Part shown: positions 1 through 14,562 of the stretch, piece after piece
Layout: each line of letters begins with the position of its first letter
Position numbering within the stretch: the first letter of the stretch is position 1
From: Takakia lepidozioides
Taxonomy: Eukaryota > Plantae > Bryophyta
Length of the DNA: 64,000 nt
Reading direction: 5' to 3'
Assembly (NCBI GenBank): GCA_030704615.1
Contig: CM060733.1
Location: 32,736,001 to 32,800,000 of the forward strand
Program-made: the position numbers and the translations under genes
The notes under the pieces: generated by a model
What the model was told of the DNA's origin: nothing
The model's input: only the letters and a program-made list of their open reading frames with translations
Database searches by the model: none

Positions 1-1500
1 CAAAAAGGAGCTTTTTTGGCGAGAATTCGCTAACAAAAACAACGCTGTAGCCTACTAGATCAACCTGACTGACAGCAATTTCTGAGTAATATACTCTAGC
101 TTGGTGACTTTGAGCACCTTCTAGATGTTGGAACAGAAATTGTCCTATTTCCCATGTCATGGTTAAAATAGGGAACCAGGCCAGGTACCTCACAATGGCT
201 TCCACTTTGTAGAAGTCTGAGAGTGGAAGGTAAACTGCACACACAAACATATCAACCTCCCCACGTCTGAGATTGGTTCAAACATAGGTTTCAAGGGAAA
301 CCGAACTGTTAATGCCTTTACCTTCTCTCCTTTGCATGCTAAAGGAAGCCAAATTTTTAGCCTTTTAATCCAACGAGTGGCCCCACCTTTGCCCTGGCTG
401 GTGAGAGTGACTGCACCACTGTTGTTGCCAGCATCTGCAGTAGCTCGGATACTTTTGGAGCTTTCCTTGGAAAACTGAAGGCTTCTCGAATTTCCTGCAC
501 AGAGTTTTCATCTGAAAAAGTTACAAAAAAAGTGCAGCATAAGCGCGTGACTTGGACTCAACCCATCGGCATCTTGTCGAACAGTGCCAATAACATCGTC
601 CTTGATGCAAGGAAGTTTTACTTTTTTGATGACAAGAATGGAAACACTCACCGTAAATTTAAGAGTTTAACCACTATGGTATGAGTACATAATAGGGGAA
701 CTTCAATGCAGAAAGCTAAGATCAATTCTAACCGACAGAGATAAGCATCAGATTAATTAACAGGAAGTGAACATCATGGGCTGGAGGTGTGAAACAATGA
801 TTTCTGTATAGATCTTTCCTACCAGCAGGTGAAAACAACGTCTGATTAGCTCAAGGGCCACTCCATTCACGTACTGTGAGAAGATGGCTACTTGGCACTA
901 CCCAGAGTTCTGTGACCGTGTGGGAAACAGTATGTTGAGTACTCCTCTTTGTACAGCATAGATTAAAAACAGAGATTACGAAAAAACCTCAAACTTGGAT
1001 TAACTTACCACGAAAATTTGGAATTCCAGTCCGGAAAAACGATGTTCCTGCTACCCAAGAAGAGCTGGCGGTCCAGGACACTATTCCATGGATGCCATCA
1101 TGCGTTGCAAAATGGCCAGAGCAGCTATGAGCAGACAGTGCGAAAGCGGGAAAATTGGAAGGTGTGAGAACCGAGTTATGAGTTGCAGGCAGGGCCTGCA
1201 GGGCCTTGAGGAAGCACGGCTTGCTCAGCGCCATATCAAGTTATACTTAAGCTTAGTGTCTGCTCTGTGAAGATGGAAGGGGCGCTCAGGCCAGGGAGCA
1301 GAAGAGAGCTTACCTTATTAGTGACTCACTAACAGAATCTTTCTTTAGTGATAGCAACTCACTAACAGACCTTACTTAGGACGACATCCATCCTTTTGGA
1401 CGAGAAGAAGGTTCTATCCATGATTTATCGTCCATCAGCCCGTGCCCTTGGGTACAAGACGGGGCTGTACGCGCTCGTTCTTCGCAGAATCGTTTACGAA

Positions 1501-1510
1501 ATTAGGGTTT
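1501..1510 (-). promoter_or_regulatory. Telo-box (AAACCCTAA) just upstream of the USP39 start codon
   Basis: attagggttt at 1501-1510, 18 nt before ATG 1528; telo-boxes are common near plant translation/RNA-processing genes. Confidence 0.5.
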
Positions 1511-1527
1511 CTAGTTGCAAGAATTTG

Positions 1528-4500
1528 ATGAAGAGAGAGAGAGAAGGAGATCTAGGCAACGTTTCTAGTGCAGATGAAGCACAGGAGAATTATGAGGGGG
1601 GTAGCGATCCTAATGGATTCAGCAAGAAGCTTAGGTCGGAGGAGCTGACAAATGGTGGGCTACTTCGGGGTTTCGGCTATGAGGATGATGAGGAAGAAGA
1701 AGAGACGGAGAAAAGATATGAGTATGAGAGTGATGAAGAGCTGGAGAGGTCTACAGCTGGGCGGAGAAGAGACACTGAAGTGCGAAAAGATTGCCCTTAT
1801 TTGGACACTGTAAACCGTCAGGTATTTGTAAAATGCGGGTCCTCTTTGCACTCGTTATTGAAGTCGCCGAAGATGTGGAGTACACCTAAGCTCCAAGACA
1901 TAAGCCCTCTTATTCCCCTCTGAAAGAGATCGAAGGAGTCTATGCATATTTCTTCAGTTCTCAGTTGTGACGCTAATAGGCTGCAAAGTTGGCCGTGAAG
2001 CTACCTTCATCTGAAAGTTCAACGAACAGCTACGATCTTCACGTTGAAGTTAAATTTGGATAAAATGTGGAAGATGGCGAGCACGGTATTTTCAGTATAG
2101 GCTGCTTCCAGCAGTCTCTTTGCATATAAGGTTAATACGTTCAGGTGACATAAACTTGAGTGGTTGGGTAGGTCCTGCAGGGTATTGAAAATGAGGCATT
2201 GTTATAGGGCCAACGTTTGGCCTTGACAGAAAGGACATGAAAGAGGTGGAGCGCCATCAAAGAGCGATGACCTTATTCTTTTTTTGTTGGCAGGTGCTGG
2301 ATTTTGACTTCGAGAAGTTTTGTTCGGTCTCACTTTCCAACTTGAATGTGTACGCATGCCTGGTGTGTGGGAAGTACTTCCAAGGACGAGGACGCAAGTC
2401 ACATGCTTACACGCACAGTTTGGAAGCTGGCCACCATGTGTTCATTAATTTGCACACTGAGAAGGTCTACTGCCTCCCTGATGGCTACGAAGTCAATGAC
2501 CCCTCCTTAGATGATATCCGATATGTATTGAATCCAAGGTATTTACCTCCCAATCCTCTGCTCCTTGAGCCTCCTAGGACCAATAGATTCTCTCTCTCTC
2601 TCACTCATGCACATGCACACACTTGCTCCAAGATTGCCACTGGTCACCTAGTGGGGAGAGCATGGGATTCCCATTAGGATTTTAGCTAGACTGTCTATAT
2701 ATTTTTTCCAAGTCTATTCCATCTCTTTCTGATTGAAAAAGTTGTGTTCCTGCAGATTTACACGAGGACAAGTGAATCAGGTGGACAAGAATAAGCAATG
2801 GGCACGAGCTCTGGATGGCTCTGACTACCTACCTGGAATGGTATGTTTGTGTGCTTGTTGTCCTTACTATCAGATTGGCGTGGCGATCTTTAAAGAGTGT
2901 TCTGTGTCATGCCTTCATGTCATTATTTTTTGTTCATTTTTCCCAGGATGATTTTCTTGACTGCCTCCTATCTTCAGGCTGACTCCTTATGGTTGTTTCT
3001 CTCAGGTGGGACTGAACAACATCAAAGAGACCGACTTTGTCAATGTGACCATTCAATCACTCATGCGGGTCACCCCTCTTCGTGACTTTTTCCTCATCCC
3101 TGAAAACTATCAGATGTGCAAATCACCACTGGTTCATCGTTTTGGGGAGCTTACACGAAAGATTTGGCATCCTCGAAATTTCAAGGGCCAGGTAAATGTG
3201 AAGTGCTATGGCAAATGGAGCACTGCTGAAGTAGTGTACACATGGGCTGTGAGACACTTGAATTTGAGGAATGTCTCGTGTGTATGAGGATTATTTCTAT
3301 TGAAAGCCTTATGGACAACCATATGTACATAATTTCCTGCTTTTTTGTCCCTCCTCATCCCAACAATCGATGGTCACTAAGTTTGAGGGTTGACTTGGTT
3401 TGCTTCGGGGAGAGCAGGTCAGTCCGCATGAGTTTCTCCAGGCAGTGATGGTGGCAAGTAAAAAACGATTCCGGATAGGTGTGCAATCTGATCCAGTGGA
3501 TTTCATGTCATGGCTTCTCAACACTCTTCATACAGATCTTGGGGGCACGAAGAAACGCAACAGCAGCATAATTTTCAAGTGCTTTCAGGTTGGCTGTGGC
3601 GATTCGTTCTTTGAGCCTGCAGCAGATCAACCTTTTCTTCCTTTCATGCAAACTGAATGCCTGTGGAACCCCATGACTTGCGTGGCTCATGCTCCGTTGG
3701 CTCATGCAGGGGGAGTTGGAGGTTGTGAAAGAGTTTCAGTGGAAAAATCAGGCTGAGAGAAGGGAGGAGGGGAATGGAGTAATGAGTACAGGAGCTGAAG
3801 AGGAGAAAATGGACACAGGGAATCTTGAGAGGGAGGTCAGCCGGATGCCATTTCTCATGCTGGGCCTTGACCTGCCACCACCGCCTCTTTTCAAAGATGT
3901 CATGGAGAAGAACATCATTCCCCAGGTGTGCCTCTCCCTCTGGAGGGATGCAGATCATGCGTTTCTCTTTTTGTTTATAAGGTGGCCACAAGGCTACGGC
4001 TCCAACTGGAGTACATTATACCAATGGTTCATACGAAGGTAAGTCCCACTACTGGAGCGAGCCTCTCACAAAGCGTCTGTTCCGTTCCCTCTTGTTGTGC
4101 CCAAAATGGGCACGGGTCTATGGCCTCAAGGCTATGGCAAATAACATCTCATGATTACATTCTCTCCCTCTCTCTTTATGCACTTCCTCCTCAGCAGTGG
4201 GACTGCCAGTGCAACCATAGCCACGTGCTCTGTTGCAAGGCAGCTAGAGGAGTGCTGCAATTAACCTTGTCCTGTATCCGGGGTGTTGTCACCTGTGAAA
4301 TGAGTGCAAGGGCCCTGTCGCACTATTGTGAGCCTCATGTGCCCTATTCCCAAACCCTTGCAGGCTCTTTGCCATGCTCACAGGGAACTGTCAAAGAGTA
4401 CATGCATCTGATATTCCAGTTATTCCACAACTGTTGTCCCTAGCCTATGTGTAATTATCGAAGTTTCTGTCTTAAGCTGTCTATGTCTTGTAGAGCCATG

Positions 4501-5626
4501 CACCGCAACTGCAAATCAGTTTGGAACACAATGAAGTGAGTCATTCAATTGTCTTTCCTTTTTGGAACAGGTTCCTCTGTTTAACATTTTGAAAAAGTTT
4601 GACGGCGAGACAGTGACAGAACTTGTGAGGCCCCAGCTGGCGCGTATGCGATACCATGTGACCCGGTTGCCTCAGTACATTATTCTTCACATGCGGCGAT
4701 TCACAAAGAACAACTTCTTTATCGAGAAGAATCCCACTCTTGGTAAACTGCCACTCCAGGAAACATATATGCTGGATATAGTTCGTGGGCCACAGGCTGG
4801 TATATATGCGTGGATGACTGTGGATGTATTGAAGTTAATGGGTGGTCCATACATGTTTCAGGGTTTGTGTGTGTATCTGAAACCGCCACCTGAATACATC
4901 AGGTGTGTCTCCAAAAGATTCTTTGGAAATGAATAAGACTACCCCAGGCAGGTGCTGATGCTGTTAAAGTTTATTTCTTGGGTTGGTGGGGCTCTGAGAC
5001 AGTCAACTTTCCAGTGAAGAATTTGGAGTTGAAAGATTACATCCCTCTGCCATCAGCCAAAGATGGTGAGAAGCAACGGACAAAATATGACCTGATCGCC
5101 AACCTTGTTCATGACGGCAAACCAGGGGAGGGCTCATATAGGGTCTTTGTCCAGCGCCGATCTGAGGAGATGTGGTAGGCTCTCTCTCTTTACATCTGCA
5201 AGGATATCTAAAGGGAATTGGATAAGTGCATTAAGCATTGGCAATTTTCGCTGAGTTGAGGTTCTGGTGGGTTAAACTGTAATTACCGCTAGGATGCTTC
5301 ATACCTGTATCACCTCAGAGCCAACCTGCAGGTAATGCTCAATGGGTACATCCATCTCTTCCACACACCAGACACACCTGCAACCCTTACTGTATATGTA
5401 TGAGATGTTCCTGTGTTTGCTCCCCATGCTCAGGTTGCCCTGCTTCCCCTCTTGGCGTAGTCCTTTAGGATTTCCTCACTCTCCTGCTACTCTTTTGCCC
5501 CGCTTTTGATCATAAAGAAACTCTTTTGGCAGGTATGAGATGCAGGATCTTCATGTGGCTGAGACTCTGCCACAGATGGTTGCGCTTTCTGAGGCCTACA
5601 TGCAGATCTATGAGCAGCAGCAATGA
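1528..5626 (+). CDS. USP39: U4/U6.U5 tri-snRNP-associated protein 2 (USP39/Sad1; ZnF-UBP + inactive USP domain)
   Basis: Exons with GT-AG junctions in consistent phase: 1528-1821, 2294-2538, 2756-2840, 3006-3191, 3418-3588, 3710-3925, 4571-4742, 5003-5174, 5533-5626. Motifs CPYLDTVNRQVLDFDFEKFCSVSLSNLNVYACLVCGKYFQGRG, GLNNIKETDFVN, RFTKNNFFIEKNPTLVNFP, WYEMQDLHV...LSEAYMQIYEQQQ*. Confidence 0.95.
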
Positions 5627-6564
5627 GCAATCCGGCCCTCGGTTTGGCGAAGACTTTGTGTTAGCATAGTTACAGCTCTTAGCTTCCATGGATTTGCCAA
5701 CCTGAAGCATTTCTAGACATTCATCTTCAATCACCAAGGCTAATAGTCCAATTGTTTCTCAAATTACAAGGTGTCTTGAAAACCAGGAATTGTGATACAA
5801 CCTCAGTTTGCATTCTCCTCTAAGAGCCCTGTTCAAACCACTACGGTAAAATCCAACCTAACCCTGCCCAGGAATATTGGTGGGTCGACTGGGAAGGTGC
5901 GTATAGTACGGCCACCTGATTAATTTCAACAGATTTTCTCACTCCTACATGTCTGGTAACAAGGACTGGTAAGCAAAACAGGGCTGGGGTTGGTGGGAGG
6001 GGCACCATATCAAATTGAAGTGAGATTGAATATACTGCACAAAAAGCCAGTAGTGGAAGCAGTGGTCAAAAGAAATGATATGCTACACAAGTCATTGCAA
6101 ACGAAAATGGGCCTCACACCACACCTACAGGCTGCACCCTACGTAGTTTAAACGTTTAAACCAAGTCTTCCTTCTTGCTAGAAAACATTCGGTGACTGTT
6201 CGTGTAATGCCTCACTGTGTGTGCTGTTGTACGATATATGTATTTGTGTATTGTATGAGCAAGAGACAGGGCCCAGTCAAGTATGGCAGACTTGGTTGAA
6301 GCATCTTCATAGCACACATGCAAGTTCTGTTGCTCACCTCCAAACTCCAAACTCCAAACACTACAACCCTTTTCTGGTTACTGTGCACAGCAGCGCCCAC
6401 CAAAAAGGCCATGGAATCATTTTCGAAATCCAAACCCACACTACCACAAGGGGACAAGGGAAGATAAATCTGAGTAGGATCCTTTGTTTTGTTTTTGTTT
6501 TTGAATAGGATCCTTTGTTGTTGTTGTTGCTAGGGCTGTTGCTAGTTAGGCTATCTATTGTTTC

Positions 6565-6742
6565 ATCCAGGGCCACTGTCCCCTGTTCATCAGAAAAATA
6601 ATAATAATAATAATAATGGGTTTTTTCTTTCTTTTCTTTTTGGGTGGAAATTCTATTAATTTACTTCTTTCAATATATATATATATATATTTTCCCTTCA
6701 AATAATTCTATATAAAGTTTCCAGGGCCACTGTCCCCTGTTC
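6565..6742 (+). repeat. Two copies of a dispersed ~23-bp motif TCCAGGGCCACTGTCCCCTGTTC with adjacent (TAA)n/(TA)n tracts
   Basis: Copies at 6565-6588 and 6720-6742; further copies at ~26497-26512 (variant) and 52905-52928. Confidence 0.75.
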
Positions 6743-7116
6743 AAGAAAAAAAATCCAAAAACAAATCTTATTGTTGTTCAGTGTCACTCCAAGGTAAGAA
6801 AGTAATCTTTGCAGGATTTCTTTTTTTTTCCAAGGAAACACCAGTCCCAGCAAACAAACAAACAAACAAACTCTCTTTAGAGGGCCATGAAGACAAAGAG
6901 GGCCCATCCCAAGATTTTTCATTGGGGGAAAACAGGAGGGAAATAGAGGAGGTAGAATTTGAACGCAAACTCACTTAGGGTGGCATCGGGGTAAGAAAAG
7001 TCAATGTGGGAACCAAGAAAGAGAAGAATATAACTTATGTGTGGTAAATAAAGAAGGCTGCTCCCCAAATAGAAACCGGGGCTACTTGTGTGTATAGTAA
7101 TTAGGGTGTGCGCGGA

Positions 7117-7170
7117 CGAGCGATAGAGAGAGAGCGAGCGAGCGAGCGAGACGAGGAGGCGAGAGGGGGT
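7117..7170 (+). promoter_or_regulatory. GA/GAGC-repeat tract in the RAD23 5' leader/promoter
   Basis: gagagagagcgagcgagcgagcgag about 100-150 nt upstream of ATG 7266. Confidence 0.4.
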
Positions 7171-7265
7171 GGTGCGCGCAGGCATTTGCGTCCCTCGCAT
7201 CTGCGATCTTGTGCGCATCGAGCAATCTGAAAGGCATTGGTGCGGGGCCGGTGGTTGGGTGCAGC

Positions 7266-10200
7266 ATGAAGATATCAGTGAAAACTCTCAAGGGGAACCA
7301 TTTTGATCTGGACGTTAGCCCCACGGATACTGTATGTCGCTCTTCTCGCTTCTGCACCCGCTGTTGTTGTCTCTTGCCCCAACTCTCACGGTAGTGGTCG
7401 CTGTGTCGTGGCTCGATTTTCTGTGAGCAATGGGAGAAGTTTTTGTGGTATGGGCGTTGTAATGGTGGGAGTGTGTGCTGTCCGGGAACCGATGTTGGGA
7501 AAGAGGCTTTAAGGTCCTCCATGATGTTACCCGTCTATGAAGGTTTCATGATGTGTTCCAGCCAAATTTGGCAGTCGCTATCGTAATCGTTTTTTTCCTG
7601 GCTTCGCAATCTGCCCCTCAAAACTGTGAAGGTAATTGCATGTCTACAGTTGGGGTACTCACCTCGTTTCTTCGAGAATGAAAAGAGGGATCGAGTGTAG
7701 AGAGTGTCCTTCCTTGTCTGAATGGATAACCTAGTTAGGGTACAGAATGTCTGACCATGTGGTGTGCGGACTGTAGGAATCAGTCTGCACTCCATGAATA
7801 TGCATAAGCAGTCGAAATAATGTTGGTAATCTTTGTTGTAGACCCCGTCCTGGCTTAGTTCGAGGGTTTATTTGTATTCATATTATTGTGTCCACCACAC
7901 TATGTATGAAGATGACTGCCTTGATGTTTTGGGTTCGGTAAAGGTGTCTGAAGTTGGATGTGATCCATAGTGGATGTTAGGACCTGGGTCAGGGTTAGGC
8001 CCAAGATGCAGCCTGATGGTACACACTCTCTCACTAGCCTGAATCCAAGCATCAGGGTGGGCTTCTTCATTCAAATAAGGGGAGAAGAACATGATTGTCA
8101 CTTTTAATTTTAGTTGAACAACAGTCGAAGATTTGGTCATGGGGACTGCTGATTGTTTGTTTCCTACATGCATATTTGTGAATTGCTTCAAATCTGGATT
8201 ATATACATCATGTTTGCACTGCCTAGCTCTAGGAAAGTCTCATGGCGACTTGAAAAACTGACTTCCAAGTTGGGATGTATACATTGTTTCCAATCTAACC
8301 GTTGAAGGTGTGAGGAGTTGAATCAATGTTAATTGTGAATGTACTAGTACTAACATTAATGAATACACCATTGAACAATACTGGGATGTGTATGTTGCAG
8401 GTCATAGCAGTAAAGACGCAGATAGAAGAATTGCAAGGCAAGCAGTCATTTCCTTGTGCACAGCAGCTTTTGATTCATCAAGGAAAGGTTCTTAAAGATG
8501 AGACGACAATGGAAGACAACAAGGTGTCCGAAAATGGATTTCTTGTTGTCATGTTGACAAAGGTAAAAGCTACTCTTGAGTTGCACCCAGATAATCTATA
8601 TATATACCAGTTCTGATGTAGTGTCGAAATATGGATAGCTGAAATTTCACACAGCACCTGGTGGAGGGGATTGTTAGTCATTTCTCAGCACTTTGCAGGC
8701 CTTTCTGGATTGTACAACCTTACCCCTGCATATCTTTGCCACCTGCTCATTTAGACTGCCCCAAAAGTATTTGAGCTCACAATACCCCTTAATCTTCTGT
8801 CTGTCTTCTTTTTCTTTTGAGTCTTGATGTTTATGATCCAGATAAGTATAGGATATGTCTGCCAGTAATGGTATCTCATCTTGTACTGTGTACAGACTTA
8901 AAGTGGCTAGCATTGTGTTTCATTTTGCAGACAAAGGCACCTCCTGCTCCCCCTCCATCATCATCAGGAACTGCATTGGTATGTTCTTGTTCATGGTCTG
9001 GATAGGTAGTGATCACTTGCATGAGGGATGCAGGGTCCCGATAATCTTCTATTGTGCAATAAAATTAACTGGTCTACAGCCTGGCTTCTGCTTCTTGAAG
9101 CCCAGTTTGAGGGCACAGCTACTACAATTTGTGTAGTGGGCAAGTGCTACTTGGCGATCTCCTGACTGGCTATGCCAAGGAGATGTGTATGCTGGTGAAC
9201 ACAGGGACAGTGTTCACATGTGGACTCTCTTGCAAAAATTCTTAGGAAATGACCATTGGCTACATAAGCTGTTTAAGAGAAAAGAGTGTATGCTGTTGAG
9301 TTTATGATTCCTGAGGGCTTGAACCTCTGTCAGTTTGAACTTTCTTGTGCTTCTAGCTGGAGAGGTATTTGCTCTTCATTTAAGAGATAGATCTCATAAT
9401 GGATGTACAACTTGTTTGAACTTTTACAATTTACAAGTTTGTCTTGAGTAATTTTCAGGGTGAAATCCAACTCTGGGTTATTATCTGGTGGTTTAGGTGC
9501 CTGCTGCGGCTCCTCCCCCAGCACCTGCTCCAAGCCCTGCAGCCCGTGCATCACCAACCAGCCCTGTCGCTTTCCCGTGAGTCACCTTTGCTTTTGTTCG
9601 AAGTGTCCTGGTCTTGTTGCGAAAGGTAGCATAGAAGTAGTCAATATTTGAAGCTGTAATGGTACAGATGTCCATTGAAGTTTTGCTGTGAATCAAATAA
9701 TCACTTGCTGTTTCCTTCAGACCTCGAGGAAGAGCAGAAAATATCACATGTCGCTGTTCAGGCTTATAGAGTCCTGATGCTCCTAGTCCTTTCCTACCTC
9801 AAGTATTTGTGTTTGTGCCAGGGTGTATGAATGGTGTCAGGAAGCAAGGTAATATCAGATTGATATTCTGGCATGTAACAAGCGAACTGTTTTTCCAATT
9901 CTTGTGCCTGGCACTTGCTCTACACTTTTTGTCAGTGTCAAGAGTTTTAACACTTAATGGACAAAGCTAGAGTTTGATATCTGAACTACGTCATAGCTTT
10001 TGTTGGGTGGATTTTTCTGACTCTTTGTCTGTTTTGGTGGACAGAGCACCTACTCCTCTTGTTACTCCCACTGGAGTCGATGGAGCTCCATTGTATGTAC
10101 TTCTTTGCAGCTCCTTCAAGATACACAGGAAGAGAGAGGGAGATAGATGAGGGTAGAGAGAGGGGACCATGCACCAGATGGGTACTTCCTAGGATGCAGC

Positions 10201-12418
10201 ATACATACAGGACTTCAAGTGACGTAGTTTCTGCTTACATGTTAGGGAATAAGTTGTCTGAGAGCTCCATTTTGTTGTTGCAGGGCTGTGGGGGATGTGT
10301 ATGGGCAGGCGGCTTCGAATTTGGTGGCAGGGAATAACCTTGAGCAAACAGTCCAGCACATTGTAGACATGGGAGGAGGCACCTGGGATCGGGAAATTGT
10401 CGTGCGCGCATTGCGTGCGGCCTTTAACAACCCAGAGCGGGCGGTGGAATATCTCTATGCAGTAAGAGATGTTCTCCTCCTGATGTTAGTCGTATGAAGT
10501 TTTATGACAATATTATGGTGATGTGTAAGAAACAATTCTTACTATTGGCTTAAACTTGGGGGAGCTCTAGCCTTTCTGTGTTACCAGGGTATAGTATGAT
10601 ATCAAGAGAAGTGTGCCAGCTGAGGTTTGAGGGTCATGAGGGATTTTTCATTTGAGCAGGTACTTAGGGTAGAAATTTACAGGAGTGTCCTTGGGAGGTT
10701 ACTGAAGAAGATTTGAGGAACATGCTCATTTCTGATGTGCATCATACAATTTATTACATATTTCTCAATTAATATCTTGCAGGGCATCCCTGAGGCAGCT
10801 GAGGTAGCTGTCCCTGTAGCCCGTGCTCCGGCGCCAGCTCCTGGTGCTGCTGCAACCACTGCTCCAGCCCTTGCCCCTGCTGCCCCTGCCCAAGCAGCTC
10901 CCCTTGCTGGTGGACCAAATGCTGCCCCATTGGACCTCTTTCCTCAGGTGTGGTGTGAGTCAGTTTGTTTTATGAAAGAAAGGAGTGGGTTGGGATAGAT
11001 TTGTGCTGGTGTAGGTGTGAATCTGTGCATTTTGTTTAGAAGTAGGGAGTTCTTTGCGTTAATTTTTACTGAGGTTGAAGCATACACATATTCATTAGAT
11101 GTCCCAGTCTATGGGACTCAAACTTGTTTCATAATGATTATGTAATTACTCCCATCTGCAGGGTATGCCTGGTATTGGTGGAGGGGGAGCTGGGAATGGT
11201 GCTCTCGACTTCTTGCGGAATAACCCACAAGTATTGTTTCCTCCCTAAAAAGCAAAGCAATATACTGAAACGTTAGTGACTTGCAAGTCTTTTGTCGGCT
11301 GGAGTTTACCATGAGACGTTATCTTGCAATATGAATGGCCGTCTGTGTGTACAGTATTGTGGGATCTGTCGTGTTCTCATCAATGTTCAAGATTCGTGAA
11401 CCGACAGTTTTCATACTATGGAATCCCCCGTCCCTTTCGGTTGTGGATTTATTGAGGGAGCAGTCAATTTCAGTGAAAGATTGCAGGTGTGTCAGGACCA
11501 AAATTAATGTGCATGACTAATGAATAGTTTGCTTATGGATGAGTTTTGTTGCTTGGCAGTTTCAAGCTTTGAGGACAATGGTTCAGTCGAACCCCCAGAT
11601 CTTGCAGGTTTGCTTTGCTGCCCTCCGCAGCAGGATGATTTATATTTACAGATTATATTCCCATAGTATTGTGGAATGTTACTTGTCAGCTTCCTTTCTA
11701 GCATGAGTGTGAGGCAGTTGTAATTTGCAGGTTGTTCTTCCTTTCCATAATTTCCTTTGGGTTGGTTAACAGCCAATGTTGCAAGAATTGGGAAAACAAA
11801 ATCCAGCCTTGTTGCGGCTTATCAATGACAACCAGGCTGAGTTTCTGCGTCTTATCAACGAACCTGGTGAAGGTCCTGAGGGGTGAGTCGACACTTGTCA
11901 CAACTTACTTTTGAGGGAGGTGATTCTCTGCAGGTTTGTTCAGTGGATAAGAGAGGGTACTCAAAACATCTGCAGTAAGGTTAGGATGCATTTGAAAGAG
12001 TTGCTGACAGTGCAGTGTGTGCATCTGCAGGGACATTCTGGGCCAGCTTGCAGCAGCGGTGCCAAATGTCAGTCCTGAGGAGGCGGAAGCCATTGCTCGG
12101 GTACTTCTTCTGCCCTTTGGCTCTTTCTTCTAGCGAACTTTGCAGTCTTGCTGATGTGTAAGTTGTTGTAGTCCCAGGTAATGTAAACTCAAATGTACAA
12201 ATCTGCAGAACTGTTTTGCGCAGGCATATGCACACAAAGCGCAGCTGGCGATTTAGTAAGATAAACCAGTATATAAAGCCATTTGTGGTCTGCTTGGACA
12301 GCTGGAGGCAATGGGATTTGACCATGCGCTGGTGATTGAGGCATTCCTGGCATGTGATAAGAATGAGCAACTCGCAGCTAACTATCTTCTGGAGCATGCG
12401 GGCGATTTTGAGGACTGA
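7266..12418 (+). CDS. RAD23: Ubiquitin receptor RAD23 (UBL-UBA1-XPC binding-UBA2)
   Basis: Exons 7266-7331, 8401-8562, 8931-8978, 9497-9576, 10284-10461, 10783-10947, 11162-11230, 11560-11607, 11773-11882, 12031-12100, 12302-12418. Motifs [60 protein letters not shown]...[16 protein letters not shown]. The Pro/Ala-rich exons 3-4 are less certain. Confidence 0.93.
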
Positions 12419-14237
12419 GAGTACGGCATGGCCTTCATAATTTCTGTACAATCCACTGTCTCCTCTTTTCCTATTCCGGCCACCATATGTTTGCACGAGG
12501 AGCAGATCTGATTTGGCATTCATGTCGGTTTTATATCCCCTTGCAGCCCATGTTTATCTGCGCATGCAACTGCCCGTCAAACTAACATTCCTCGTATAAG
12601 AATGGAGATTGGGGCCTGGTTCAGGCACTGGGGATGAATGGGACAGTTGGTTGGCTATGCTATGCAGGTGGTTACCTTCCTAGGGCTCTCGTGCCTGGCT
12701 TGCCTGTGGTGAAAATCTTAGAAAGGATATCCCACACATTGGGGGTGGTAATTGCTAGTCCTACTGGTAGGAAGAGATGAGACAAGACCATGAGATACCC
12801 GTAGCAGGTGGTCAATGAATCCGGGATTGCTAGGAGCAGCAGCAGTTATATGTTCCCTTGCTTTTGGGCGTATTATTGTTTTGGACAGTGGTAAATAATG
12901 TGTTTGCAGGGTCTTTTCTATTGGGCCTATTGAGAGAATAGTCAGTAGAGAGGTCACACGAGGAGACGTATAGAGTGAGACTGAGCAAAATGCTTCCCCG
13001 TTTTTCCAGCCCTTTTTCGTTTCCACCTTTTGCTTTCCACCTTTTTCATTGGAAAGCTTATTTTGCCGGCATTGTAATTGAACATAGGGAAAACAGGATG
13101 AAAGCATCTCCAGATGCCTTGTGCAGTCAGGTTTTAAGTGGTTGTTAGAAGTTCACCCCTTAATCAAATGGTCAGGATAACTGTTGTCGTGAAGTGACAA
13201 GGGTTTGCATTAGTGGAACAAGTGTTAGTTCCAAAGTCTGGAAAGCACTCAATATGTGAACACTTTAGGGGGAAAAGGGTGCTGGCTTGATTGCCACCCC
13301 CCACCCCATTAGTGTCAATGGTTGACCTCTGTAACCAAACAGGTCTGCCTGCAATTTTCATCATGCTCTGTGGGTGCAACTTTCATTGGTGGATATTGGT
13401 CCACATAAGTATTTTTTTTCAAGTCTTCAAAGTGATGTGCGTTACATATTGAGCTTGACTGACGATGAGGAGGGATGAAGAGGCTTTTCCTGAACAGACT
13501 ATGCCCTGTTTGTCAGATAGCAACCCATGGCTGATGGTAACAATGATTTACTGGGCAAGTGTTCTTGGTGGGTGGAACTGCACACAGCGAAGTATTGTCA
13601 GTCATTGAAGATAATCGGATCCATCATGCAACATAAATGCACCTTCTGGAATTTGTAGATAGACATGTAATCAGTTTGTGGGTCTGCTCTGCACTTACCA
13701 TTGGTGGAGTGGAGATTCTAGCCTTGATGTTGTCAGAGATCTCTGGTCCAACATGCCCACCGGATCTAGAGGGAGTAGGTCCTCGCAGACAATCCATTTT
13801 GCCTCCAGAATCATGAACATTTCTGATTGGCGTATTTGTGTGTCCACCTAACTACTGTTTTGCTGTGGAGATGGTTGAAAAAAGAAAGCTGTGCGGAACA
13901 AGTTGGATGCTCCTCGAACTTTCCATCAGTTCCCTTAAGCCTCATATCAATATATGAAGCAAGGCTGCTTGTTTGTTTGGTTGGTTGTTTTGTTTTTGTT
14001 TTGTAGCCCAGCCCTGGTGCTTGGTTTAGTTGGAAAGCCCTCGATGAGGAGGGGTGATGAGGCTTGGTCTCATGATTTTTGGACCCACGGTGTGGGATAT
14101 GTTGAATTTCAAGTACTTTTGGTAGTTGGAAATTCGCGAAAAATAGCCAAGTGGGCTTTCATGCGACAAAGATTGGAGCCTCAATGGGAGATATATCAAT
14201 AATGATTGGTACTCAATAAATTCATGAAAAACATAAA

Positions 14238-14562
14238 TTGGGCCTTGACATGGGAGACGCACTTGGATACACATGAGATTGCACTTGGGCTTAGATGACA
14301 CTAGACACTTGGGCCTCTACATGGGAGATGCACTTGGATACATGAATAGAAGATTCCACGATGGGCCACAACATAGGAGATGCACTTGGATACATAGGAA
14401 ATTGCACTTGGTCTTAGATTTCAATTCTTCAAACATGGGCTAACGGGACAGGCTTTAGTAGAGGTCGCATTTGGGCCTCGACATACAAAATGCCTAGGAT
14501 ACATAGAAGTTTTACACTTGGGTCTTACACTTGGGCTTGGATGACATTCGACACTTGGGCCA
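14238..14562. repeat. Degenerate minisatellite (GCACTTGGATACA / CACTTGGGC units)
   Basis: Repeated gggagatgcacttggatacat and acacttgggc motifs. Confidence 0.6.

Noticed and set aside
1-1395. Short ORFs (989-1234, 1088-1270) as a gene
   Set aside because: No recognisable domain or consistent exon structure; left unannotated
1396-1527. N-terminal extension of USP39 in the ORF track
   Set aside because: Starts at TTG and spans the telo-box/5' UTR; ATG 1528 is the more plausible start
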